Source: Lingula anatina (lineage: Eukaryota > Animalia > Brachiopoda). Taken from it: a stretch of DNA of 64,000 nt. The translations under genes and the position numbers were made by a program. Location: the NCBI GenBank assembly GCA_051362555.1, contig CM120640.1, forward strand, positions 38,604,788 through 38,668,787, written 5' to 3'. The notes beneath the pieces are model-generated. The model saw only the letters and a list, made by a program, of their open reading frames with translations, ran no database searches and was not told where the DNA came from. Positions 52,701 through 64,000 of the stretch are shown piece after piece (within the stretch, counting starts at the first letter, position 1; each line of letters starts with the position of its first letter).

Positions 52701-55700
52701 GTTTTTGCCTCAGGGTCTTGGTAGATGCTTTGTATCAACATAGGTATCCATTCATCTCTATTATATAAATGTATAATGCCACAAATTCCTGTCAACATTT
52801 ACAACTCTCTTCTATTCATACCTTTTAAGTAATTTGATACCATTTTATTGAAACTGTAGGTAAAATTAAGTTTTTCACAAACTAACCGTGTATCAATTTG
52901 TTTTTTATTTGTTCCAGCTTTTAAAAAAATGTTGACCTGCTAGGTATTTAGTGGTCAGTTTTTATTATAAAATATCATTTAAGTGGGAAATGATACACAG
53001 TGATTTTTTTTTCAGTTGATTTTTGTACTTTGCATGTAGCATGTCGGTTATATACATAGCTGGGAAAAAGAGTTGTGGGGTAAAAATTGAGAACAGTCCA
53101 TATATACTTTAAGTCAGACTTAAGAAAAAAACTTCTCCTTGCATTAAGTATTTGGTTTAGACTTAATTTTTTTCCAATTTATCTTTTAATTAAACTTGTT
53201 GCCAACATTATTTCTTCCTTTCAGCCATAGACTCTTTGGCTGCAGTTTTTACAAAAAGGAGACAAAAGAGCAAAACCCCTACCAAGCTGTTATTTTTGAC
53301 CATACTTGTATTCATTTTCAAATTGGCATTAATTTATTTGTAGTGGACTATTTTGATAAAGTAGCACCCTCAGTGATCCTGTAGTCAGAGAGTCTATTGA
53401 AATAGAAACTTCCTAATTAGAAAATATGAGAATCCAAGGTGGCAACTTGTGATTGTTGTGACCAATGGTAGAAAAACATTTAATGAAAGAGTTGAATTGG
53501 TTCACCCCAAAAGTTTGTTTTGATTAAAATGACTCTTACTTTATTGTTGCAATATGTAATTTATATTTCTCCTTCAGGGTTCTGTATGGAAACAAGATAA
53601 GTGACCTCCCGCCTGGAGTGTTCAAAGGATTAACATCCCTCCAACTTCTGTGAGTATCTTTATAGCAGTTTATTAATTCTTATGCTTGTTTATTAAATGC
53701 AATTTTGGTTTTTACACCCCACGACTTGTAATTTTCACTGTTACATGTATGCCCATTTGTTCCATGTTTGTTTGTTTGTTTTGTTTTTGAAGTAACTGAC
53801 ATAAGAAGCACAGAGGGTGTACAAGATTTCATGTTACGGAACAATTGTTGCACGATACAATTGCAAGCTCTAAAAAATCTCTTTGTTAAATAGCTGTGTT
53901 GTCAGCCGTATGTATTTTTCAGTCAAGTCATGCTTTTCTGCTTGCCATATAACATTCAGTCTGGATTGCAGACACTTTTGTGTTAGCCAAGATATGTTTT
54001 GTCACACCTCAAAGACATATCAAACCATTCTAAAAACTTCATCAGTTTCTGCATACTTCATTTGACACGCCTCCTACTGCTATTTCAAACCAAGTAAATA
54101 AATAGTTTCTTTATCTGTTTTATACCACTCAAGTCACCTCATTTGTCATTCTACTGGCATAATGCATCATTTGGTTGCATAACGCTCTCTGCAAATACAT
54201 AACTTTCAGCTTTGGGGCCTCATTTTGACACCTTTTAAAAGTCTCTGGTTTATAAAAGCGCTACAGGTATCAATTGATGATCAAGTGTCAACAGAAAGTG
54301 CTTGATATTTGAACTGCAAGAGTAGAAGTTTCAAGGGTTGGTTGCCTGTTCTTTTTTGACTCGGTGACCCGAGTAATAGTAAAAGATGAAGAGAAGCGAG
54401 CAAACATACCGATAAGATCAGATCTGGGCAACAGTGTTTGATCAGTATTGACTCTCACCTAAGGCCATGTCTGGCTTAGCTGCATGGATATCATACAGAA
54501 CTGGATATGCTTTTGCACACATCTTTAGATTTCAAAAAAATGTCTCTCATCTGAATGTTCGACTACAAATAGTTTGATAAAACCTTATACATCGGGAATG
54601 TACATTTGACAAACATATTTACAGTAAATTCATATAAAACTAGCTTTTTTCAGTAAATCAGATTCAAGGGTATTTCCAAAAGGAAAGTCCAAAAATCTTT
54701 ATCCAATTGCAACAATACAACCTTAGTTTGAAGACATTGGGTAAACTTTTTACTTCACCAGAATGACCGGTAGTTGTGCTATGCATAGCTTTACAACTGA
54801 CCAAACTGATTTGCTCATCAAGCATTTTCTTTTCAACATTGCTAAACATGTCTAACTACCATACATGAGTCTTTTATATCGAATTCTAATGGATCACTTG
54901 TTTGTCTCTCTATGACCAAGCTGGCCAGCAGATATGTCTAATCATTGGGTGCATTTCAGTGTTGAAAATTTCATTGAAGTTGGCCAAGCTGTGATTTGTA
55001 ACTAATTTTTCCATTTTTGGAAAATTTGTTTGTTGCACTGGAAAATACTGTTTTGAAGTAACAGGTTGTTTTATTATCTCTGATTTTCCATTCATGTGGT
55101 AACAAGAACTGTCCCTTCAGCTGACCAATGGTGTATGTATGGAAAAAATTCCTTTTGGCAAGCACTGAATTTTTTCTTTAGGATGTTCCCATAAAGGAAG
55201 ATCAGATGCTAAAAAGTTGATAAACACTTTCAGTGGTATTTCCTTTAAGTTGCACTTACAGGGTAGGAAGTGTTCTACCCTGTATGTGCCACTACAGCTA
55301 AGAAACCATATAGGCCTAAAATAAAACTTGAAACTTCCATTGGCAACTTATATTATATTATGTATAGTTTTATTGACTCTTACACTACTAAAGCTTTTGT
55401 TGTTTAGAATTATTAACATTTGAGTATTAATTAGTGAATTATTGGAATTTTATTCAATGTTTTTTGCTTTTAGTCTATTGAATGCTAACAAGATCTCCTG
55501 CGTGAGAGTGGACACATTCAAAGATTTGCATCAGCTGAACTTGTTGTAAGTATTCAAAAATACCGTTTGGACATATTAAAGTGAAAACTGCATTTCGGTT
55601 TTGAACTAAATGTATATTGAATGAGGTTATTGAGTATGAAATCAGTATTTTTAGAGCAATTACTTGAAAAAGGATCAAACATATTGAAACCATACCAGTG

Positions 55701-57322
55701 GCTGTTCTTAATTTTTGGTAATAAGTTGGAAAGACAAAATGCATGTCTGTCATTTTTTTCAATTTCAGGTCTCTGTATGATAACAAAATCCAATCTCTGG
55801 CCAATGGCACCTTCACCCCACTCACCAACATCCAGACTCTGTAAGTTTTTGTGGTTTCTGTGGTTAAAGATCAATAGAAATGGAATTATAGGTTTAGATG
55901 GCACAGTCTGACAAATGAAGTTCATAACCATGAAATTAACTGTAACATTGTTTTGTAGTTTGTGTTATGATTACATTTTGTTGCAGATTTGATTATGTTA
56001 CCATTTTAACATGAAAAACAACCTTTTTTAAACTGTCATCAATATATGTGTACAAAGTGAACTGTTGAATCAGTGCATTGTATTGCCCTTCAGCTATATA
56101 AGTGTACTTGAAGTCCATTTCAATTTTCAAGTACAAGATGCATCATCTTTTGGACTGGATGAACCTTGGATGATTAAATGTAAAAATAGATTTCTTTACA
56201 AACTTAATTATGACCAAGTGCAGGAGCATTTGTATTTGTAAAAATTTCATTGATTTGAAAAGGCTTCTTCTGTCTGTACCTATTGCCTTACACTTATGTT
56301 AGCAAGTGCAACAGGGTTCAATCCATGATGTTTTAAATTAGAGTTGGCTCCTTGTAAGGAATATTTCCATAGATATAGGATGCTGCACTACACAGTCATG
56401 GACAGAGTTTAAAATATTGGGAACCCTTGTGTATTACATTATTAACTGTGTCATATAAAATGTTTGTGGCCTGTTTTGCAGCTCTGTATTACCAAAAAAG
56501 GGTTTATCAACACATTTTTAAAGTGGATTTTAAGGTGGATTATTAAAAAGATGGATTGAAAATTCTCTAGCAATTTGTAGAAAAATTATATGGACAAATA
56601 CTGTTTAGGTAAAATCTTATGAACTGAGGCAGCAGTTTTTGTAGCAGAATTATTTACCTTTTGTGGAATGGAAGTAATTGAAAAAATGGTACCCAGTTGT
56701 AATCTCTGGTGGAACCTGGTACAATACAATAGATACAAATGGAGAAACTTTGTTTCCTCTGTTTACTTTTTAGTGCCTTTGTTATTTTATCTGCATACTG
56801 GATTAACTCACCCTTTGAATTGACTAAAATATGGAGGTATGAGCAAGAACTTGATCTACTCAGGGTATACATTCCATAGCCCAGTCAGTAAATGTAACTA
56901 GACACCAAGTCTGTTTTGCACATTTTATAATTGTATATTTAACATTACAAAGAAATGTTTATACAAGACCACAAAAGCCGTGAATGATATGGAATAAAAA
57001 TGTTACAACCAGATGCATGGCCATCTTTAACAGACATTGTATTGTTCTTGGCCATGAAAAAAAAAAAAAAAAAAAACGGATTTTTGGCCCCTTGATATTG
57101 TCTGATGGATCTTTAAAATCAATATTCCCATGTGATCTTCAGGTGTCTCATTTACTGAATTTCATGATGTTAATATTATATTGTATTGTTCAGACTACAG
57201 TGTAACTGAAATCAATATCATCCTTTTTGTTGAAGGTTCCCAGAATTTTCACAATAACTCAGTTTGTGATTTGTTCAAACTTTAGCTGTAAATACAATCT
57301 GAAAAAAATTAATATGTTGAGA

Positions 57323-57397
<75 letters not shown>

Positions 57398-60300
57398 ACA
57401 TGCAAGATTATTATTCACCCAAAACATGTTTATGGTGGAGTTTTAGGAGAATTTACTGCTAGTGCCTTAAGCCTTATGGACTTAATGGAAAGTGGATGGT
57501 GCTGACGTATGTTCAAAGGGACAGCATGTAACAACTTATGAATGGGATATCATGCAGGAAATCATGATGCTAGGGTACTCATTTTATACAAACAGCCAGA
57601 AGATATTTGCATCTGTTTCGTAATAATTTTGGGCAATTTTCGGTCCTTCCCTTTGAAGATTTTGTACAAAGGTGTGAAATTTACAGGTGTATGAGCCCCT
57701 AAAGGCAAATGATCAGGAAAGTGTAAAATTGTACTATAGACCACAGGTCAGTTGTGTTCATTTTGTATGCAACCCTTCTGTTGACTTTGATTATATTTAT
57801 GATATGCTTGCCAAGCCATGAAGAGCACCCTTACTAGTTTTATGCTGAAACAGGAAATACACATTTTAGTGAAAATATTAACTTAGTTATCTCATAAGAA
57901 AAACATTTGCAAGAAGACAAACATTTGCAATGTGAACTTTTGATAGTTTTAATTGAATGAAGGTACTAGTTAACTCCCCCTAGTAATCATCTTTACTTGT
58001 TGATTTTACATAGGAAAACACACTGATTTCATTAAAGGATCATGCCTGATGGCACATCTTAGCTAAAATTATTTTGAAAGGTTAATAGGTCAAAGTATTG
58101 AATTTGTTTCATGCGTAGTTGGCTTTCACCCCAGGGCTGTTTGGAAATTGATCACATACTACACTTGACTTCACAAGATGTTTGAAAATATTGAATTGAA
58201 CTGAAACATTATAAAATTGAAACAAGCCTGAAGTCAGTCGGTACCACTGGATTCTCTAGCTGTTGTCCTGGCCATGTTTAGTCCCAGTTTTTTTACCTAA
58301 CAGGAACTTGTTATTTGACTTTTAGATGTTCGGTTTCAGTTAGTGATCAGCTAGGAAAAGCACACCTTCTGTTTTCTTAATTGTTAATGAATGCCTTAGT
58401 CCAGTGCAGATTGTACTAATTCAGTAAAGAATGTGCAACAAGTGCATACACTGGGAGTATTTCCCAGTGTTTCCTGCCTCATCCTGTACAACAGCTATTT
58501 ATAAAACCTTTAATTCTAGAGCTGTATTTTTTTCCTAAAGATTGAAGTTGCTTTCATTTTTTAAAAAGAGTGCTTTTTTTTATAAGCAATAAAAAATTAT
58601 TATTATAAAGTATAAATTTGTTATGAAGTCTAATCACGAAAATACTAGTACGTTGCTTTTTTTATACAGTATTTTTTATGTCAGTAGTTCTTACGCCTAC
58701 TCTCTATCATGCAAAGGAAAATGAAAAAGGAGTTATCGTGGAAGTTTACTAAAACATCTTTCAGTTATCCTTGCAATTGTCATAAAATTCAAGGGTGCTA
58801 GGCCTTTAGCTGTCTTTAATTCTTGCTCGTAAGACTTTTTAAGCTTCGGGTAAGGTTATTTCTGCCTGATTAGATTGGTTTTTAACTTCATTCAATCTAG
58901 TTAATCATGTCATCTCAAATTTCTATATTCATGTTTGCCACCTAATTTCTGTATCTTTTTAATGGCAGCATGCTAGGGTATGCCAAGGAATGTTGATGTT
59001 ACCAAATGAGCGTTAAAATAACTAATGCAAAAAGGTAGCTTTACGAGGTGGGGGAGACATTTGAAAGCATTGAGTAAGAGAAATGTAACTATAGACCATC
59101 AATGGATATTTGTACTTTACCTCAGGTACCAGAGAGAAAGAGACGTGATATGAAAATACTATTGTGTAAATATATAGGTACCCTGTACTCATTGTCATAT
59201 AGTTCCTGTCAGCATATGTTGATAACAAAAATTTATGTCAATCTTGAATGTTTTAGATGATTTAGAAAAGAATGCTTTCGATATGTAAAATGATGAGAAG
59301 ATCTGAAACACATGTCCTTTATGACAGTTAAAGAAATCGCAATTATACAATATTCTCCCAAAGTAACACATGCTTGATCAAGTTGCCTGCAGTGAAACGA
59401 TTAAGTACAGGAAGTTAGTTGATCTCTAAAGAACTCACAAATCAGAAGAATTAAACCTGTGACCTGTATAACTAAAAACATAAAAATTGAAAAATGTCAC
59501 CATTTAGACCCTTTGGAGCTTGTGTCAAAAGTAAATAGTGAAAAAAGAGAAAAAAATTGTAGAAGGGTATAAGATCACCTTAGGTTAAGTGTAAGGTTAT
59601 GACCAAAAATAATTAAAGCAGTGCACTTTGTAGTGATATTATGTAAACTTAATGAATTGTTGAGAAAGGAATGTATCAGACCTCACAGGTGGGTTAACTT
59701 TTGTCAGAGGTAGTGCAGGTAGTTTATGGGTTCATTCATTGAATAAGATCAGATGGAATGTGGTTATTTTGGTTTTTGACACCAAATGTTTTTTCATTTA
59801 AGTCAAATCAATAAAAGTTACTTCGTAATCCACTGACAAACTTATACAATACATTTTTGCTTTATTCAATAATTGTAATAATGTGGTAAGAGGGGGGCCC
59901 AGAAATGTCAGCAGGATGGTGCCACTTATGTGCAAATTCATACACACATCAAAACCCCTGTACTAGTATAGCATCAGGAGATAAATGAATAAAACTGTAT
60001 GCTTATATAAAAGATACATTGCATTACTTGCATTGTTTGAATGATTTTCTTATTGGTAAAAATTATTTCTATTTTCCAGTCATCTGGCTAGGAACCCTTT
60101 CATTTGTGACTGCAACCTACGCTGGCTGTCCAGTTATCTCCACACTCACCCCATTGAGACCAGTGGAGCCAGATGTGAGACACCAGAGAGGATGCAGAGA
60201 AAGAAGATTGGTTCCATCAGACAGTCAAAGTTTAGGTGCAGAGGTGGGTATATATACTGGGCATACATGTTAAACCCAAGACTTGAACAAAATAACTGTA

Positions 60301-63300
60301 TTGACATGAGAAGTGAATGGATGAAAATATTAAAATATAAGTAACAGCATTCTTTATCAGACATGTAGTCTGTATCTGAATCTACTTTTAGGTGAATGAA
60401 TACGTCAGAATGGCCTGCTTTAAAATTGGATGTCTAGGTGCCTGTACATGGCTTAGAAGTTGTAAATGATTTGCCATTTTAACGTTTCACAAAAATTGCC
60501 ACTCTCTTTCAGGAGGTGAGGAGTATCGCACCAAGAATGCAGGAACGTGTATGGTAGACAAAGCATGTCCTACAGACTGTGAGTGTGATGGTGCCACTGT
60601 AGATTGCTCAGGCAGGATGCTTACTGCAATACCAGAGAACTTGCCCCTCTACACAGTAGAACTGTAAGTCATCAGTGAAAATGATATTGATCTTTACATG
60701 AGAAATATGATGATCATTTATGCAAACTGGTAATACTGGTAAGAGATTTAAAATGTTGGGGAAAAAAAACCATTCCTGACCAAGGCCAGATTTCTATGTT
60801 GATTTTTCTTTGATTTCTTTTTCAGGATTCTCAGCAGCAATGATATCACAAGAATCCAAGCAAATGACTGGTTGAAGAATTTGCCAAATTTACAGAAAAT
60901 GTAAGTTTAAGCCTTGTTATTTTTAATTTTCAAATTTGAAAACCACTTTTAAAATAACAGCTTAGAGTGTAAGTGAGCTCTTCTACTCTTTTAATTGAAT
61001 TTTCCTTGCCAAATGTAGATTTTATTAATCTCTTGGTTGAATTATAGTGATTTGCGAGGTAACAAGATTGACAACATAGAAGATGGTGCATTTGAAGGAG
61101 GCGATAGAGTCGAAGAATTGTAAGTTGAATCTTTCCTATAGTGAGGATTAACCTGTTAGCATGCACATCAGTTTTTATGTATGTTGTTATTTGTATTTAA
61201 CAGTAATTTATCCTTTGTAAGTTCTTTGAGACAAAGATACAAAAAAGAAGTTGGATGTTTACTGCTTTAATATTTTCTTCAGATTTCAAGAGCTTTGTTG
61301 TGTTACATATTTCAAGGGATAAATTTGTAAATTGCAGGCACATGACTGAAAACAGACTGACCCATCTGAATGCAAGAATGTTCTCTGGACTTCCAGCTTT
61401 GAAAACCTTGTAAGTTGATTTCAGAGTTGTATTTGTTATTGCAATATCCACCTTTAATTATCTTGTGTAAGTGACAGTGCTTTTGGTAGCAAAAAATTGC
61501 ACCTTTATAAAGACATGAAAAATGATTATTTATCAATTCCTTGTTTATCTCTAACATAGAAATATATATATATATAATTTTTTCTTTAAAGGATGCTGAG
61601 GTCCAACAGAATTACATGTATAAACAATCAGACTTTTGTTAACATGCCAGAATTGCATATGTTGTAAGTATAAGTAGGCATATACAGTAAATATTTTTGT
61701 TCAATTTTTTCTATTGAAAAATGCTACACCTTTAAATTATATTGATGTGTGTATGCATATGTTTGCATGTGTGTGATATTATCATGATATGTAAAATTTA
61801 TTTGTATCAGAACCAAAAAATGCATGTTACTCATTTGGATCAAATCAAAACAAATACCAGTAGATATTCCAAGTACCAACAACCTTTGTGAAAGCATATA
61901 GTTGCAACATGTTTTTAACATTTTTAGGTCATTATATGAAAACCACATCCGATGTATTCAGCCAGGATCCTTTGACAAAATGCCTAATATTCAGACCCTG
62001 TAAGTTGCCTTTGGTAATCAGAATATGAATTTTAATTTAAATTTAAACTGTTTGGTTTACATATACATATTCTCCAGCCAAAATCAAATGTAGCTTATGC
62101 TCCCTAAGATAAAATGTTTAATTTCCATGTCTGCAAATCTTCCAATTAAGAAAAGTCCATTAATTTTGCCTTTCTGAAGATATCCAACAATAAAGATGGC
62201 AATGCATTTCTCTTGATTAGGAATCTTCTTGCCAACCCATTTGTGTGTAATTGTCATCTTGGCTGGTTGTCTAAGTGGTTGAAGGAACACACCCTGGCAA
62301 CCGGAAACCCAAGGTGTGCCACTCCTCCAGACTTCAAGGACTTCCCCATACAAGCTCTCAGGCCTCAGGATTTCAAGTGTGAAGGTAAATTTACACAATA
62401 GCAGCAGTAGAATTATTTTTTCTCTGGTTATCAAATTAACAAAAACAAGCTGTACATTTTATACACTTTTATTGAGCCATATATAATTATGCCATTAACA
62501 TTTGTATATAAGCTCCCCATGTTCCAATTAAATATACTTTTCTTCAGCATTGATCTCATGACTCTGAATCAAGTACTTGTATTTTCATGTGTAGTTTGTA
62601 CTTTTAATTTGAAACTAAACATGTATTGCTAGTGCAACAAGACAGGGAGACAAATGAAGTTATTTGCAAGGCCTTCAAGTTAGGAAGCTGTTGTGGAGAA
62701 GGTGGCTTACAAGTTGTTCATGAAATTGTTCAGTGTTGTTGTTTGGCCCTTTATCTATGCATCATGTGTAGTTGGTTGTTGGTCATTGTTTTTTATTTTT
62801 ATTTTGTCTGTCTTCACTGTATGTTGTGTAATTATATGCTTTCCCATTTTTCAGAACATAATGAATATAGTTGTCAACCTGGTCCTTCTGTTTGTTGTCC
62901 TACTGGTGCTTTAGAACTGCGTATGTATATTGTCAAGTTCTTTTCAGTTACCTTATTTTTGGCTCTTTATGTATACCTGATATACTTTCAGATAATTATG
63001 TTACATAATGTTTTATTTAATGGCACTAAAAAAGTGAATGCATGGATGTTCTGAAATATCCAAAATAACTAACAATATGAAAGTTTTATTTCATTTCATA
63101 TAAAACTGCTTGAAAGAATCATTTAGCATTTAAGTTTCAAATTTGTTTAATTGTTCAAACTTAGTATTATTTTGAAAATAATTTGCCTTGTAGTTAATTT
63201 GTTTTAATGATTTTCCCACTTATGTTTTATGCAGATCCTAGATTTATGCCAGTCAGGTCCCGGTAAGTTCTGAAAAATTCAGTTTTTAAACATTAAAATA

Positions 63301-63454
63301 TTTAACATTCTTTGTGATTTTTAGAAAATGAAGGTAACTGTGACCCGACCTCCCATTGCCCAGCCAAATGCAAATGTCAAGGCACAATTGTAAGATGCAG
63401 TAGACAAGGCTTATCTGAGCTTCCTAGAGATATACCACTTGATACTACAGAACT
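14444..63454 (+). CDS. slit: Slit axon-guidance ligand (Robo ligand), 3'-partial; LRR domains D1-D3 and start of D4
   Basis: Exons: 14444-14619, 15443-15514, 16248-16319, 19682-19753, 47648-47719, 48581-48652, 49193-49264, 49459-49622, 49967-50114, 50672-50743, 51549-51620, 53578-53649, 55474-55545, 55769-55840, 60080-60243, 60513-60663, 60826-60900, 61048-61119, 61338-61409, 61592-61663, 61928-61999, 62221-62384, 62855-62920, 63325-63454. It has a signal peptide, 72-nt phase-2 LRR exons and 164-nt LRRCT exons. Slit-typical peptides include [32 protein letters not shown] and [10 protein letters not shown]. Confidence 0.96.
25045..25090 (-). CDS. Candidate internal exon of the antisense gene (branch 2)
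   Basis: Acceptor cttttctcagcttacag, donor GTAAGA, 46 nt. Phase 2 to 0 reads [15 protein letters not shown]. Confidence 0.4.
26286..26322 (-). CDS. Candidate internal exon of the antisense gene (branch 2)
   Basis: Acceptor ctttattattttctgtccag, donor GTGAGT, 37 nt. Only phase 1 to 2 is open ([13 protein letters not shown]), compatible with exon C. Confidence 0.45.
29745..29885 (-). CDS. Candidate terminal exon of the antisense gene (branch 1)
   Basis: Pyrimidine-rich acceptor region with alternative starts at 29904 or 29885. Reads [46 protein letters not shown]. Minus-strand AATAAA at 29646-29651. Confidence 0.35.
   Translation of the reverse strand, partial: LGPDTGDCQHVGKERINMFTFYTKIKPDWLLDDDERRTSDGMKIFY
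32770..32981. mobile_element. Degenerate MITE-like inverted-repeat element
   Basis: Left arm TTCCATAGATTTTTAGATCGATCTATCCCTGTGGGG..CACTAGATTACTGTCAGC is mirrored by GCTGACTGCAATTTAGCGTGAACCCCCAGGGA..TAGATCGATCTAAATCTCTGGGAA. GC-richer than its flanks. Confidence 0.65.
34271..34296. repeat. (TC)13 microsatellite
   Basis: Perfect TC run. Confidence 0.9.
43743..43918 (-). CDS. Candidate exon C of the antisense nested gene
   Basis: Acceptor ttttatccttgtgtgctttcag, donor AG|GTGAGA, 176 nt. Only phase 2 to 1 is open, which matches exon B: [58 protein letters not shown]. Confidence 0.65.
45300..45388 (-). CDS. Candidate exon B of the antisense nested gene
   Basis: Acceptor gtctgtttatcag, donor GTAAGT, 89 nt. 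Only phase 0 to 2 is open: [29 protein letters not shown](V). GC/CpG-rich against an AT-rich background. Confidence 0.62.
46796..46995 (-). CDS. Candidate exon A of an unannotated antisense gene inside slit intron 4
   Basis: Acceptor ttttgtgtgttacag, donor GTGGGT, 200 nt open from phase 1 to phase 0 ([13 protein letters not shown]...[14 protein letters not shown]). A second in-frame acceptor (gatttgtccttacag) gives a 44-nt version, 46796-46839. Confidence 0.5.
47648..50114 (+). CDS. slit: slit exons 5-9: end of D1 (LRRs, LRRCT) and D2 LRRNT
   Basis: [10 protein letters not shown]; [10 protein letters not shown]; [11 protein letters not shown]; [28 protein letters not shown]; [19 protein letters not shown]. 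Confidence 0.95.
48021..48240. mobile_element. MITE-like foldback element, ~95-bp imperfect arms, flanked by TA
   Basis: Termini are TA|GGCACCATTGGTC and GATCAATGGTGTC|TA. Internal pairs include TAACTGAATGACAC/GTGTCATTCAGTTA and GATCCAA/TTGGATC. In slit intron 5. Confidence 0.75.
50672..60243 (+). CDS. slit: slit exons 10-15: D2 (Robo-binding LRR domain)
   Basis: [15 protein letters not shown]; [24 protein letters not shown]; [11 protein letters not shown]; [15 protein letters not shown]; [15 protein letters not shown]; [16 protein letters not shown]. Confidence 0.95.
57324..57395. repeat. (TA)~36 microsatellite
   Basis: Perfect TA run in slit intron 14. Confidence 0.95.
60513..63454 (+). 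CDS. slit: slit D3, Cys-rich linker exon and D4 LRRNT
   Basis: [17 protein letters not shown]; five LRR exons (75, 72, 72, 72, 72 nt); [16 protein letters not shown]; linker [22 protein letters not shown] (62855-62920); [16 protein letters not shown] (63325-63454). Confidence 0.92.
62633..62701 (+). CDS. slit: Candidate alternative (duplicated) Cys-rich slit linker exon
   Basis: TAG acceptor 62631-62632 (or in-frame AAG 62640-62641), donor AG|GTGGCT, 69 nt, phase 1-1. Reads [23 protein letters not shown], with the same E-x-N-E-x2-C...CC pattern as exon 62855-62920. Confidence 0.4.
63242..63262 (+). CDS. slit: Candidate 21-nt slit microexon (xLCQSGP)
   Basis: Strong donor CG|GTAAGT at 63263. 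Pyrimidine tract followed by tandem acceptors CAG (AG 63233-34) and TAG (AG 63240-41). The distal acceptor gives a frame-preserving phase 1-1 exon. Confidence 0.45.
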
Positions 63455-64000
63455 GTAAGTATTATAATAATGTGTTACAGTTTAAAGGCTACAGAACAGC
63501 AGCTCAGTTATTTTTCGTGAAATAATTAATGCTTATTAAGTTCTTTTGAAATTTTATTCAGAGTTCATGCTCTCTATGCACCCTAAATATTCCAGTTATC
63601 AGCATAGAACTTTGTGAAAAGACAATCCCACTCTTTCATATAGAATGTCTAGCTTATTATATGTATGTAAATGTATTGTTTACTGTCACTACTGTTGAAC
63701 TTTCTGCTTTTTGTAATGGCATGAACATGGCACTTTCTAAATGGTAATTGGGTTCCCTATATAAAATATACACTATGATAATTAATTTGATGTTGTATCC
63801 TTTATCTGTACATAAATTTCAGTTTTCCCTCCATAAAACTAACTGCATGAAAAGTGTGTCATTTTGCTTACACTTCTTTTCAATGTTTTGGCATAATGAT
63901 TTGGGTCAAACTGTTGAAAAAAAAAATAAATAACAGAAGATCGAGTTTGCTGAGAAAAGAAATACATAGCTGACAATTTTCATATTAAAGACTTATGAAG

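Noticed and set aside
20940-59228. Most 60-130 aa ORFs in the supplied track
   Set aside because: Low-complexity F/I/L/K-rich translations of AT-rich intron, microsatellite read-through or antisense shadows of exons, with no recognisable domains.
60244-60512. miR-218 in the intron after the D2 LRRCT exon (approximately its vertebrate SLIT2/3 position)
   Set aside because: No TTGTGCTTGATCTAACCATGT-like sequence or suitable hairpin was seen here or in intron 14. Partial look-alikes at ~44776 and ~59371 lack the rest of the sequence.
1-64000. CRISPR array, tRNA/rRNA genes, autonomous transposon or reverse transcriptase ORFs
   Set aside because: No regularly spaced repeat-spacer array, cloverleaf or rRNA motifs, or long transposase/RT frames were seen. 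The sequence is intron-rich eukaryotic DNA.

Overview
AT-rich animal genomic DNA, probably an invertebrate and possibly a lophotrochozoan (inference). Two spliced + strand genes are well supported. The first is the 3' part of an SFI1 centrin-binding protein gene: 25 phase-consistent coding exons, 183-10083, with one U12-type minor intron. The second is the 5' part of slit: ATG 14444, signal peptide, LRR domains D1-D3 and the start of D4, running off the window end, with a 27.9-kb intron 4. The main unexplained signal lies inside that intron: minus-strand exons with canonical splice sites join in phase into an unrecognised protein of at least 100-155 aa, alongside an inverted strand skew. This points to a nested or interleaved antisense gene. 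The slit D3-D4 linker holds two similar Cys-rich phase-1 exon candidates plus a microexon. Also present: MITE-like inverted repeats, microsatellites, a CpG-retaining domain over the slit 5' end and an orphan promoter-like motif cluster. All calls were made by eye, with no database search or computation.
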